64,000 bases of DNA, taken from assembly GCA_002269645.1 (NCBI GenBank), contig NIVC01002925.1:65821-129820 (forward strand), read 5' to 3'. The translations under genes and the position numbers were made by a program. This document shows, piece after piece, positions 1 to 12,654 of this stretch; the stretch's first letter is position 1, and every line of letters starts with the position of its first letter. The DNA comes from Macrostomum lignano (taxonomy: Eukaryota). The notes beneath the pieces are model-generated. The model was given only the letters and a program-made list of their open reading frames with translations, was not told where the DNA came from and did not search any database.

Positions 1-178
1 AAATATCGTAGAAGCGTCATGTAAACAATCATAGAAGCGTCATGTAAAATATCATGGAAGCGTCATGTAAACAATCATAGAATCGTCATGTAAAAAATCA
101 TGGAAGCGTCATGTAAACAATCATAGAATCGTCATGTAAAAAATCGTAGAAGCGTCATTTAAAAATCATAGAATTGCG
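1..178. repeat. Tandem repeat, ~23-24 bp unit (AAAATCATAGAAGCGTCATGTAA), truncated by window start
   Basis: Seven to eight degenerate copies visible directly. Confidence 0.9.
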
Positions 179-337
179 TCATGGTTCCACTCTCCAGAGA
201 GATGAATTTTTCTTACGGCATACTTACGCAACTTACGGCATAACGGCACGCGCGCGAAGCTTATTGCCACTTAGGGGTTGTCCAGGATGACGGCACACCA
301 AGCCGATGCTAGTAGTCAACTGAAGGAACTGCCTTCC

Positions 338-520
338 TGAAGACTTCCTAAAACGCAGCATTCGAAAATAAATCCACCACAGAATGTGGCGGAGCTGCGT
401 CATGTCATTGAAAACGCTTGGCAGCAGCTTCCCCAGGACTTTCTGCGCCGCCTCATCCTGGGGATGCCCCGCAGAATCGCCGCACTTCTGCGTGAGGGGA
501 TCCCACACGCGTTATCGCAA
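338..520 (+). mobile_element. Tc1/mariner transposase C-terminal remnant
   Basis: Frame reads DFLKRSIRKINPPQNVAELRHVIENAWQQLPQDFLRRLILGMPRRIAALLREG, then (-1 shift) SHTRY. This matches the Tc1 C-terminal pattern W..IP...I..L..SMPRR..AVI...GG.T.Y. Confidence 0.75.
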
Positions 521-939
521 TTCTAACTGCATATTGCATAAAGAATAAATTGTTATGATTTCGTTCGAGTGACGTATATTACTGATTCAATCAACTTTCC
601 CTTCCTCGCGGCGACTTAGTTGCGTAACTTGGGGGTTGGATTGTGAGTGAGTGAGAAGTTGTCGCAATTAGTTAGAAAATTTTCATCTTCATCTTGCTTT
701 GGGGGTGAAATTTTTGACTGTTACTGAATACTGAGTATAATTTTAGCAAGCGCTACTACATTCAAGTTCGTGTTCAGAAATTTTCACTGCATCTACTGCA
801 AGGCCAGTTCCCGATTCGCAGGAGTCCAGTTTTGCACCTGATCCGGGCCCCACCTAGCTGCTTTTACACTAGAAATCAGTCAGCTGATGAGACCATCTAC
901 AGAGATGCCACTAGCTAAGGTTTTTCCACTCTAAAAACA

Positions 940-1240
940 GGAGCCAAGCAGACGGCGGGTTTCACTGGTTCGCAGTGCAGCTGAAAGAGCCAGCGATGAT
1001 CAGCTCTGTGACTGTGAAGGGCAGAGAGGAACAGCCGCTCACTTAACTGGGGACACAGCTTTATCTTCACATAAAGTGCCAAGATCAGTGAATTTAATGC
1101 CCAAAGTGGCCGGTTAAATGTTCACTCAGATTATAGAACAGAACTCCAGCTACACCGTGAGCTGCTCGCTGCACTGCGAACGCTCGGATGTGAGATGTCG
1201 GATGCAGGGATCTGGGATCACGACTACCCTCAATGTCAGC
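940..1240 (+). pseudogene. Possible decayed F5/8C or F-type lectin-like fragment
   Basis: After AACAG acceptor at ~940 a frame reads SQADGGFHWFAVQLKEPAMISSVTVKGREEQPLT*. This resembles the W..VDL.....I..V....R motif, but stops follow. Confidence 0.25.
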
Positions 1241-1976
1241 TAAATTTTGATGGACCTTCCAAGGTCGTCCGAGGCTGCCTCCGAGACCATCAGCCGCCGG
1301 CAGCGAGTACGAAGTCATGACTGACGCCCGCATCATCGCTGACCTTTTCTGCCTCCCTCCCCGATGTCTTACCGCCGTGCTTGGTAATTGTCAATATTGT
1401 CAATCAAACTGAACTATTGTCAATATCTGACCAATCAGAGGTTATTCATAGGTGAGAACTGGCTCAGCCGGCACGAAAAGTATCTGGTACAAGCTTTGAA
1501 ATTTTTTCAACAATTATATTGCGCAACTTTCGAGCGATTGCTAACATAAAAATCGCTTCAAAATCGTTGCACGCTACTTGTTAGTAAGCGATGTCTGTAC
1601 GAATAAACGAAGGTGAACAGTTAAAAAAACAGATAAAAGTACATTCTTGATTTAAAAAGCTAAAGACAGGAAAATATGATAAAATTATTGTAGAATGCTG
1701 GTAGCAAGGCGCTTGAAGAATTAGAAATATTGAAAACGAAAAAGCCTTAACAAGGGTGGGTTGATGCGCATACAAATAGGTGAGATTCGAACACAACTCG
1801 TAGCAATAGGTCAGGGTCTGTTTTTTTAGTTCTTCGTCGTTGTGAACTAGTGCCTTCAGTCCACTGGGAGGTGTCCTCACCTGTAGACGCACAACACAAT
1901 AAAGTTTTCCATTTTCTCCGAAAGTAAAGAAATTCGTTTAGCATTCTTATCTTGCTACTGTTCAGTAGACGATTTC

Positions 1977-4912
1977 TTAGTCTATCTGCCGTGTTGAACT
2001 CTTCTCAATGCCGTTCGGCTCAGTAAAGATTGCCTGCACATCGTTATGCAGGAAACTGTAGATGTCCTGCAGGCTGATTCTGGCAACATGGTCTGGCTCC
2101 CAGCAGCGCTGCACCAGGCCCTGCAGACGTGGCGGCACCGAATCCAATGGCAGCAGGTACTTCTGCGGCTTCTTTTTCACGTACTCGACCAGATGCAAGG
2201 GTCCATTGTCCCTGGAAGGGTTGACGTAGAATGCCTCCAGCACTGGAATATGGCTGAACATCTCCCATATGAGGGTGCCGAAGCTCCAGCTGTCTGTGGT
2301 TGGGTAGATCTTAGTCTGCAAGTCCGTGGGCGGCAGGATGTACATGGGGAACTTTCGGTTGTCCTTCGGCAAGGTGTAATACAGGTACTCGGCATCAGCT
2401 CGCTTCTGAAACATCCCGGACAGACCGAAGTCGCCAATCTTCAGCCTGGGCGGCCCGGGGCTCAGGTTCTCCATCAGCACGTTGCGGGCAGCCAGGTCGC
2501 AGTGGAACACTCCGTAATCGGAAAGAAACCTCATGCCCTGCAGTCGACGGGGGTTCACATGCTCTGCGTCTCTTGTGCCGGCCTATGCTTGCTAATCCAT
2601 CTGTATCCCTAATCTATCCATGCTAATCTCTAATCTATCCGTGTTAATCCCTAATCTATCCATGCTAATCCCTAATCTATCCGTGTTAATCCCTAATCTA
2701 TCCGTGTTAATCCCTAATCTATCCGTGTTAATCCCTAATCTATCCATGCTAATCTCTAATCTATCCGTGTTAATCCCTAATCTATCCGTGTTAATCCCTA
2801 ATCTATCCATGCTAATCTCTAATCTATCCGTGTTAATCCCTAATCTATCCGTGTTAATCCCTAATCTATCCGTGTTTATCCCTAATCTATCCGTGTTAAT
2901 CACTAATCTATCCATGCTAATCCCTAATCTATCCATCCTAATCTCTAATCTATCCGTGCTAATCTCTAATCTATCCGTGCTAATGCTTAATCTATCCATG
3001 TTAATCCTAATCTATTCGTGCTAATCCCTAATCTATCCATGTTAATGCCTAATCTATCCATGTCAAATGCCTAATCTATCCATGTTAATGCCTAATCTAT
3101 CCATGTTAATGCCTAATCTATCCATGTTAAATGCCTAATCTATCCATGTTAAATGCCTAATCTATCCATGTTAAATACCTAATCTATCCATGTTAAATGC
3201 CTAATCTATCCATGTTAATGCCTAATCTATCCATGTTAAATGCCTAATCTATCCATGTTAAATGCCTAATCTATCCATGTTAATGCCTAATCTATTCATG
3301 TTGATGCCTAATCTATCCATGTCAAATGCCTAATCTATCCATGTTAATGCCTAATCTATTCATGTTGATGCCTAATCTATCCATGTCAAATGCCTAATCT
3401 ATCCATGTTAAATGCCTTATCTATGTGCATTAGTTCCGAATCTATTTATTTTAATCGCTAATATATGTGTTAATCCCTCATCTATCCACTATCTGTGCTC
3501 ATAAATCCCTGCTAATGTCTAATTTATCATGCAGAGCTAATCAAATTATGAAAAGGTATCAGCTAATCCCTTAAAAGCCTTGGGATTCTACTTCTCCATA
3601 TCCCTATGCGGCTATTCCCACTCCAAAATCGATCTACCAAGCGGCTCACACTGGCAATCTGCCGCAGAAAGTCGAGTGCCCGGCCGTTAGGACTGCACAG
3701 CTCGGAGCGGTGGCTGGCCAGGTATTTGTCCAGCGCCATCTCCATGTAAGGAGTGATGAGCTGCTGCTCACCTGGGGGCAGGTGTTGGATGGCGCTGCTG
3801 CTTGCTGGGAATACTCACTCACTCTGACATACATGCGCAACCTTGGGAATCACTCGGCCGTTTCTATTGGCAACACACACATGTAAGTCGCTATTGGCTG
3901 AGAGCAGTCACGTGACTACTATTCCGTCCAATAGCGACTTACATGCGTGTGTTGCCAATAGAAACGGCCGGGTGAATCCCTAGGTTGCGCCCAAGCATGT
4001 CACTCACCCACTCACTCACTCACTCACTCACTCACCCACACACTCACATACCAACTCACTCACTCACCCACACACCAACTCACTCACTCACTCACCAACT
4101 CACTCACTCAACCACACACCCACACACCAACTCACTCACTCACCCACTCACTCACCCACACACCAACTCACTCACTCACCCACACACTCACTCACCCACA
4201 CACCAACTCACTCACTAACCCACACACCAACTCACTCACTAACCCACACACCAACTCACTCACTAACCCACACACCAACTCACTCACTAACCCACACACC
4301 AACTCACTCACTAACCCACACACCAACTCACTCACTCACCCACTCACCCACACACCAACTCACTCACTCACCCACGCACCAACTCACTCACTCACCCACT
4401 CACCAACTCACTCACCCACGCACCAACTCACTCACTCACCCACGCACCAACTCACTCACTCACCCACGCACCAACTCACTCACTCACCCACTCACCAACT
4501 CACTCACTCACCCACTCACTCACTCACCCACACACCAACTCACTCACTCACCCACTCACTCACTCACCCACTCACTCACCCTCCGAAACCTTCAGCAGCT
4601 CCAGTATATTCTCGTGCTTCGGCAGACTCGCCTGCGTGAGGACCTCCTTGACGAATTGGCTGTTGGAGGCGTCGCTGCGGAGTGTCTTGACGGCCACGCT
4701 GACCCTGCGGCCGTTGAGCTGCAGGGAGCCGCGCACTACGGAGCCAAAGCAGCCGGAGCCCAGCTTTTCGCCGGTGAGCAGCAGATCGGACGGATTGAAC
4801 TGCAGGTGCTGCGGGATCTCGGACACGCCCAGGCACTGGCCGTCGGACTCGCTGGGCAGAGGCAGCGGACAGCCCACGGGAAGCACAGGGTGATGGAGGA
4901 CTTCACGAATCT
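1977..4912 (-). CDS. Tyrosine kinase domain of the JAK-like gene (exons 4580-4912, 3650-3771, 1977-2537)
   Basis: LGSGCFGSVVRG, VAVKTL, FVKEV, HENILELL, HCDLAARNVL, KIGDFGL, DSWSFG..IWEMFS, CWEPD..R; stop at 1977-1979. Confidence 0.93.
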
Positions 4913-7900
4913 CTGAAGGCACAAGGTTTGCAATTTGGTTGTCTGTACATATACAGCTTGCTTACTGCCTACTGCTCAGCGTACCGTATGACTCACTGCC
5001 TACCCAACATGCTCACTGCCTACCCAACACGCTCACTGCCTACCCAACACGCTCACTGCCTACCCAGCACACTCACTGCCTACCCAACATGCTCACTGCC
5101 TACCCAACATGCTCACTGCCTACCCAACATGCTCACTGCCTACCCAACATGCTCACTGCCTACCCAACATGCTCACTGCCTACCCAACATGCTCACTGCC
5201 TACTACTCAGCGGAACGTATCTGACTCACTGCCTACCCAACATGCTCACTGCCTACCCAACATGCTCACTGCCTACCCAACATGCTCACTGCCTACCCAA
5301 CATGCTCACTGCCTACCCAACATGCTCACTGCCTACCCAACATGCTCACTGCCTACCCAACATGCTCACTGCCTATCCAACATGCTCACTGCCTACCCAA
5401 CATGCTCACTGCCTACCCAACACGCTCACTGCCTACCCAACATGCTCACTGCCTACCCAACATGCTCATTGCCTACCCAACATGCTCACTGCCTACCCAA
5501 CATGCTCACTGCCTACCCAACATGCTCACTGCCTACCCAACATGCTCACTGCCTACCCAACATGCTCACTGCCTACTACTCAGCGAAACGTATCTGACTC
5601 ACTGCCTACCCAACATCCTCACTGCCTACTACTCAGCGAAACGTATCTGACTCACTGCCTACCCAACATGCTCACTGCCTACCCAACACGCTCAACTAGC
5701 GCTCACTTGTCTTATCCAGAGCATTGGTCTCCGCAACCAGCTCGAGCAGACAGGCCTCCTCGTTGCCCTGCGGAGCAGCCTTTGCCTTGACCAGCCGCAT
5801 CACTGGCAGCAGTAGGTTGCATTCGCCGCAGGCGCTCGCCTCTCCATGACTATCATTGCACAGCAGTTCATCGTACAAGCAGTGGTGCAGCTTGTTCAAG
5901 TCGTTGGCAACAGACTCCTGCGTCGAAGCCGGACAAGCAAGGTCGCACAGCCGGACATTAATGGCGTTAGAGTCCAGGTAGTCGATCAAGATGTTCGACA
6001 GCTTGATGTTGTTGTGGTGCCTACTGTCCGACTGCAGAGTTCAATGCGTTCATGTGCACCACAATGAACACCAATACACTCCTGTACACCCCAATGAGCA
6101 CCAATGCACTCCTGTACACCCCAATGAGCACCAATGCACTCCTGTACACCCCAATGAGCACCAATGCACTCCTGTACACCCCAATGAGCACCAATGCACT
6201 CCTGTACACCCCAATGAGCACAAATGCACTCCTGTACACCCCAATGAGCACCAATGCACTCCTGTACACCACAATGAGCACCAATGCACTCCTGTACACC
6301 CCAATGAGCACCAATGCACTCCTGTACACCCCAATGAGCACCAATGCACTCCTGTACACCCCAATGAGCACAAATGCACTCTGTACACCCCAATGAACAC
6401 AAATGCACTTTGTACACCCCAATGAACACAAATGCACTCCTGTACACCCCAATGAAGGAGTCCTATAAGCGCCACTTACACAGGTCTGCCTGAGCAGGTA
6501 CAGGAGTGCGCTGAGACACTGCCTGAGCATGCTGACCAGGTGAGCAACAGTGAAGTGAACTTTGCGCTGCCTGCTGGCGAGCAGAGTGGCACAGGAGGCG
6601 AGTCGCAGCTCTGAGATGATGCCAAACTCAGGCTCCAGGGTGAGCGCCAGCACCGGGTTGATGTGAGCGCAGTTCAGGCGGCAGGACTGGCTGGCGAGGG
6701 ACATCAGGCGCCGCGTCTTCGCGAAGTTATTGAACTCCGGGGAGGAAGGCGGGGAGTTCAAAGGCAAATATATCTTATGGAATTACAGCCCCGTTCTTTC
6801 GTGATCCTATCTCCCCTGCTCATGATCCATTCCCCTGCTCATGATCCCATCTCCCCTGCTCATGATCCCATCTCCCCTGCTCATGATCCCGTCTCCCCTG
6901 CTCATGATCCCATCTCCCCTGCTCATGATCCCATCTCCCCTGCTCATGATCCCATCTCCCCTGCTCATGATCCCATCTCCTCTGCTCACGATCCCATCTC
7001 CCCTGCTCATGATCCCATCTCCCCTGCTCATGATCCCATCTCCCCTGCTCATGATCCCATCTCCCCTGCTCATGATCCCATCTCCCCTGCTCATGATCCC
7101 ATCTCCCCTGCTCATGACCCCATCTCCCCTGCTCATGATCCCATCTCCCCTGCTCATGATCCCATCTCCCCTGCTCATGATCCCATCTCCCCTGCTCATG
7201 ATCCCATCTCCCCTGTTCATGATCCCATCTCCCCTGCTCATGATCCCATCTCCTCTGCTCATGATCCCATCTCCCCTGCTCATGATCCCATCTCCCCTGC
7301 TCATGATCCCATCTCCCCTGCTCATGATCCATTTCCCCTGTTCATGATCCCATCTCCCCTGCTCATGATCCCATCTCCCCTGCTCATGATCCCATCTCCC
7401 CTGCTCATGATCCCATCTCCCCTGCTCATGATCCCATCTCCCCTGCTCATGATCCCATCTCCCCTGCTCATGATCCCATCTCCCCTGCTCATGATCCCAT
7501 CTCCCCTGCTCATGATCCCATCTCCCCTGCTCATGATCCCATCTCCCCTGCTCATGATCCCATCTCCCCTGCTCATGATCCCATCTCCCCTGCTCATGAT
7601 CCCATCTCCCCTGCTCATGATCCCATCTCCCCTGCTCATGATCCCATCTCCCCTGCTCATGCTTCAATTACCCGCGCACAGATTACACACAGTACACAAA
7701 TCACAAAGTTAAATTGATTTCCAAGCAACTTTCGCAGCTTACCGACGGAATTCGCTTGAGCACAAGCCGGCTAGGAAGGTGAAACTTGTTGATCGTGAGG
7801 CTGATCCTCACAACTGTTTAGAGTGCATTTTGGCAATTTTCGTTTAAATTGGAGAAGTTAAGAAATGTAAAAAAAGGAAGACAAAAATAAAGAAGTGGGT

Positions 7901-10900
7901 CGCTGACCTTGTCGATTCTCGTGATGGTTGTCAGTGAGCACCTGGAACTCGTTGGGCTTCAGCACCGGCAGGGTGTCCGGCCGGACCGCAAAGCCGTCCA
8001 TGGGCAGCACGTCGGACAGCAGGCCCTGCAGCAGACGGCCGCAGCTGGCCCTGGCCGCCAGGGTTGGGTCCGCCATCCAGCCCACCTGGTGGGCTTTGTT
8101 GCCGTCAGACGGGTCCGACAGTGTCAGGCGGGGCTGCTCAGGATCTGAGCAGTTGAATGCTGTGAGCTGCAGGTTGAACTCGCACTGCTGCTCTGGGTCG
8201 GGGCCTCTGCCTGGGATGAACGGAGCTCTGCGAGAGGGTTGGGGATTGTCATGGGTGACCCACCCTTATCAGGGCTAATTAGCACCTGCACTCACTCACA
8301 CTGGCCTGGGTGACCCACCCTTATCAGGACTAATTAGCACCTACACTCACTCACACTGGCTAAAAATGATACACCCTTATCAGGGCTAATTAGCACCTGC
8401 ACTCACTCACACTGGCTGAAGGTGATACACCCTTATCAGGGCTAATTAGCACCCACACTCACTCACACTGGCCTGAGTGACACACCCTTATCAGGGATAA
8501 TTAGCACCTGCACTCACTCACACTGGCTGAAGGTGATACACCCTTATCAGGGCTAATTAGCACCCACACTCACTCACACTGGCCTGAGTAACACACCCTT
8601 ATCAGGGATAATTAGCACCTGCACTCACTCACACTGGCCTGAGTGACACACCCTTATCAGGGATAATTAGCACCTGCACTCACTCACACTGGCTGAAGGT
8701 GATACACCCTTATCAGGGCTAATTAGCACCTGCACTCACTCACAATGGCATGGGTGACCCACCCTTATCAGGGCTAATTAGCACCTGCACAGCACGGGTG
8801 ACATCTAAACCACTCACATTCCTAGCACAGGCCTGTAGAGCTGCAGCAGTTTGGGCAGCAGCAGCCGGCTCTCCAGGGCCCCGTCAGGCTCCAGCATGGA
8901 CTGGCTGAAGCTAACAGCCAGCAGCCGGTGCCGCTGCAAGTACCAGGCCATGGCCAGGGCCTCCCACTCGGAGCTGAACGCCATCACGTTCTGTCGGGTT
9001 CGGGCAGGCGAAAACTTTGTCAAATAATTCCGCATAGAAACCCGAAACTGGTTATTTACGCATGAAGTTGCAACGGTAGCTCACATAGTCCTTGTCCGCA
9101 TTACTCGTGAACTCGCAGAAAACTGCTCGAGAATCGTTCGCCAGCAGCCGCAGACAATGGAGCTCCGCCTGCTTCGGCCGCCGCTGCTGTTGCTGCCTCG
9201 GCTCAGCGTCCAGGGACGGGATAGTGGGGAAAACCCTGCGGGAAGACAGGAACAATGTTGCATAACATTACTAACTAATGGGCTGCAGCTGACTAACTAA
9301 TGGACTTCAGCTGACTAACTATTGGGCTGCAGCTGACTAACTAATGGGTTGCAGCTGACTAACTAATGCACTACAGCTGACTAACTAATGGGCTACAGCT
9401 GACTAACTAATGGGCTACAGCTGACTAACTAATAAACTACAGCTACAGCTACAGCTGAACTACAGCTGAACTACAGCTGACTAACTAATGAACTACAGCT
9501 ACAGCTACAGCTGAACTACAGCTGAACTACAGCTGACTAACTAATGAACTACAGCTACAGCTACAGCTGAACTACAGCTGAACTACAGCTGACTAACTAA
9601 TATATACAGCTAACTAATGGGCTACAGCTGACTAACTAATGAACTACAGCTGACTAACTAATGGGCTGCAGCTGACTAACTAATGAACTACAGCTGACTA
9701 ATGGGCTACAGCTGACTAATGGGCTACAGCTGACTAACTAATGAACTACAGCTGACTAATGGGCTACAGCTGACTAACTAATGAACTACAGCTGACTAAT
9801 GGGCTACAGCTGACTAACTAATGAACTACAGCTGACTAATGGGCTACAGCTGACTAACTAATGAACTACAGCTGACTAATGGGCTACAGCTGACTAACTA
9901 ATGCACTACAGCTGACTAATGGGCTGCAGCTGCACGCACCCAATGGCTGTGTGCGGCGGCTCCCAGGAGAGCCGGGCCAGCCGGGCAAAGCCGTCCTGAC
10001 ACATGAGCTGCTTCCAGTGCACAGTCTGCGACAGGCAGCTGTTCAAGCAGCCGCTGAACTCATCCAAAGGCAGGCGGCACAGCGCTTTGTCCAGCTTCAG
10101 GCGGAGCGGCTCGTTCGCTAGCACAATTTCTAGGAAAGTCTGGAGGAAGCTGGCGCCAACGCATCTACGCGAAGTCGAGTCGCCGCTGCCTTCGGAGCGG
10201 TGCGACGCAGTCAGCTGCAACAGCTGACGCTGGCGCTCCTGGTACCACGGCTTGAACTCGCTCCAGCGGCGCTTGCTGACGGCGCGATAGTCAACGGAGA
10301 CGTCGGGCGAAAGGCGCCGCTTGCGGCCAGCCAGGTAGCGCCGGTGCAACAGCGTGTGGAGGCGCTTCACCCCGGCTGGGATGTCGCCGCTGCTGCGCGT
10401 GGAGGCCGCCAGGCTCAGGCAGCTAGCGGCGCCGTCGGCAGCCGGCGTGAGGCCGGCCAGCCTGGGGATGGCAGTTTGTGGGATAAGCATTGGCTTTCTC
10501 TGAGTGGGGGATTGGGATTCTTTAGCTAAGACAGGGATAAATATTCTGAGGATGGGAATTGGGATCAATATTTTGAGGATGGGGATTGGGATAAATATCC
10601 TGAGGATGGGGATTGGGATAAATAGTCTGAGCATGGGGATTGGGATCAATATCCTGAGGATGGGGATTTGGATAAATATCCTGAGGATGGGGATTTGGAT
10701 AAATATCATGAGGATGGGGATTTGGATCAATATCATGAGGATGGGGATTGGGATAAATATCCTGAGGATGGGGATTGGGATAAATATTCTGAGGATGGGA
10801 ATTGGGATCAATATCCTGAGGATGGGGATTGGGATAAATAGTCTGAGCATGGGGATTGGGATCAATATCCTGAGGATGGGGATTGGGATAAATAGTCTGA

Positions 10901-12194
10901 GCATGGGGATTGGGATCAATATCCTGAGGATGGGGATTTGGATAAATATCCTGAGGATGGGGATTGGGATAAATATCCTGAGGATGGGGATTTGGATAAA
11001 TATCCTGAGGATGGGGATTTGGATAAATATCCTGAGGATGGGGATTTGGATAAATATCCTGAGGATGGGGATTTGGATAAATATCCTGAGGATGGGGATT
11101 TGGATAAATATCCTGAGGATGGGGATTTGGATAAATATCCTGAGGATGGGGATTTGGATAAATATCCTGAGGATGGGGATTTGGATAAATATCCTGAGGA
11201 TGGGGATTTGGATAAATATCCTGAGGATGGGGATTTGGATAAATATCCTGAGGATGGGGATTTGGATAAATATCCTGAGGATGGGGATTTGGATAAATAT
11301 CCTGAGGATGGGGATTTGGATAAATATCCTGAGGATGGGGATTTGGATAAATATCCTGAGGATGGGGATTTGGATAAATATCCTGAGGATGGGGATTTGG
11401 ATAAATATCCTGAGGATGGGGATTTGGATAAATATCCTGAGGATGGGGATTTGGATAAATATCCTAAGGATGGGGATTTGGATAAATATCCTGAGGATGG
11501 GGATTTGGATAAATATCCTGAGGATGGGGATTTGGATAAATATCCTGAGGATGGGGATTTGGATAAATATTCTGAGGATGGGGATTTGGATAAATATTCT
11601 GCGGATGGGGATTTGGATACATACGAGTATCATGAGGATGGGGATATTTATAAATATCCTGAGGATGGGGATTGGGATAAATATTGTAAGGGTCATCATT
11701 AAGATTAACATCGCTGAAGGCCGCAGGGTCTCGCCTAAGGTTGGCACTCACTCATGCTCATCCAGCAGCAGCAGGCCGTAGATGAAGAACCAGAACGGCC
11801 TGGACGGGTAAGTCTCGTCAAAGTCGAAGCCGTACTTCTCATCGAGAAGCATCACCATAACCTGCTGGGCTACGTACATCAATAGCGATGGGTTCTTGCT
11901 CAGCACCTGCTGAATGAGAGACTTCCACCGATTGGGGAAGTCGCAGAACTTGCCGAGGTGGGCGCTGAAGCAGAGCCACCAATCGCAAGGCGACGGTTTG
12001 TCGCTGACTGAGTGGCGAGGTCGCTTCGGCAGCAGATCGAAAAACACCGAATAGAGGGGGTCAATGCCCACCTCGCTGAGAGCGCGACCAATGTTTGCAT
12101 CGTGGCGTTGCGACTCAGGAATTTCGAATTGCTTGCCGCTGGACCGGTCGCCGAAATTGCTGACCGAAAAATACGAAGCGTAGCTGAATACCTT
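1977..12194 (-). CDS. JAK: JAK-like non-receptor tyrosine kinase (FERM-like / SH2-position / pseudokinase / kinase), ~1100+ aa, 5' end not resolved
   Basis: Exons with GT-AG boundaries: 11752-12194, 9940-~10510, 9085-9235, 8818-8990, 7908-8227, 7743-7813, 6480-~6773, 5707-6031, 4580-4912, 3650-3771, 1977-2537. Phases join consistently except the junction into the ~10510 exon. FERM-like KNPSLLMYVAQQV; pseudokinase HHNNIKLSNILI..VRLCDLA; kinase GSGCFG, VAVK, HCDLAARN, DFG, and JAK-insertion-like PLHLVEYVKK. Confidence 0.75.
2590..3420. repeat. Intronic minisatellite, 21-22 bp (CTAATCTATCCGTGTTAATCC)
   Basis: Direct inspection; unit drifts to ...CATGTTAAATGC after ~3020. Confidence 0.95.
3828..3999. 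mobile_element. 172-bp palindromic MITE, copy 1 (reverse complement of 14028-14199)
   Basis: CAT(A/G)...CATG ends; ~63-bp inverted arms GCGCAACC...CTATTGG; same length as copy 2; no clear TSD here. Confidence 0.85.
4000..4579. repeat. Intronic (TCAC/ACAC)-rich microsatellite, GTGAGT repeats on the sense strand
   Basis: Direct inspection. Confidence 0.95.
4985..5695. repeat. Intronic minisatellite, 20 bp (CTCACTGCCTACCCAACATG)
   Basis: Direct inspection. Confidence 0.95.
5707..7990 (-). CDS. Pseudokinase (JH2-like) exons of the JAK-like gene
   Basis: LVLKRI (beta3 Lys), MLRQCLSALLYL, HHNNIKLSNILID, VRLCDLA in place of HRD and DFG; in-phase joins 7743-7813 to 6480-6773 to 5707-6031. Confidence 0.7.
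6055..6455. repeat. Intronic minisatellite, 30 bp (CCAATGCACTCCTGTACACCCCAATGAGCA)
   Basis: Direct inspection. Confidence 0.95.
6800..7660. repeat. Intronic minisatellite, 21 bp (CATGATCCCATCTCCCCTGCT)
   Basis: Direct inspection. Confidence 0.95.
8255..8800. repeat. Intronic minisatellite, ~56 bp (CACCCTTATCAGGGCTAATTAGCACCTGCACTCACTCACACTGG...)
   Basis: About ten copies by inspection. Confidence 0.92.
9270..9930. repeat. Intronic minisatellite, 18-22 bp (GACTAACTAATGGGCTACAGCT and variants)
   Basis: Direct inspection. Confidence 0.92.
10530..11700. repeat. Intronic minisatellite, 27 bp (GGATAAATATCCTGAGGATGGGGATTT)
   Basis: Direct inspection; 9-residue period in the ORF track. Confidence 0.95.
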
Positions 12195-12583
12195 CTGAAA
12201 ATTTAAGATTTACAAAGCATTTTTTCGATACATATCGGAAAACTGATTCGGCTGCTGTAAGTAGTTTTGCGTTAAAATACTAGGCTATTTTTCTATTAGT
12301 TATTACTAATAGATAGATCAAGCCCAATATATGCTAGTTCTAGTTAGTAGAAGCATTAGATTCTAGAAAAAAACAATTTAATGGGACTAATGTTGCATAT
12401 GGCAATACCAGAGCCTTAAATAAAAAAGCCTAATTCTCAAATACTCCAAAAAATCTAAATATAATAGATCTCTAATATTTGTTTGTATGCTTGTTTATGC
12501 TAAAATTTAAATCTATAAATTTATTAACGAATCCAAAAAAATACTTTTTGGAAAAAAACGTTTGACTTTATATTTTAAAAAGT

Positions 12584-12654
12584 TGCATCGGCCGGGAATC
12601 GAACCCGGGCCGCCCGCGTGGCAGGCGAGCATTCTACCACTGAACCACCGATGC
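12584..12654 (-). tRNA. trnG-GCC: tRNA-Gly(GCC)
   Basis: GCATCGGTGGTTCAGTGGTAGAATGCTCGCCTGCCACGCGGGCGGCCCGGGTTCGATTCCCGGCCGATGCA; intact A and B boxes; T-run terminator downstream. Confidence 0.96.
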
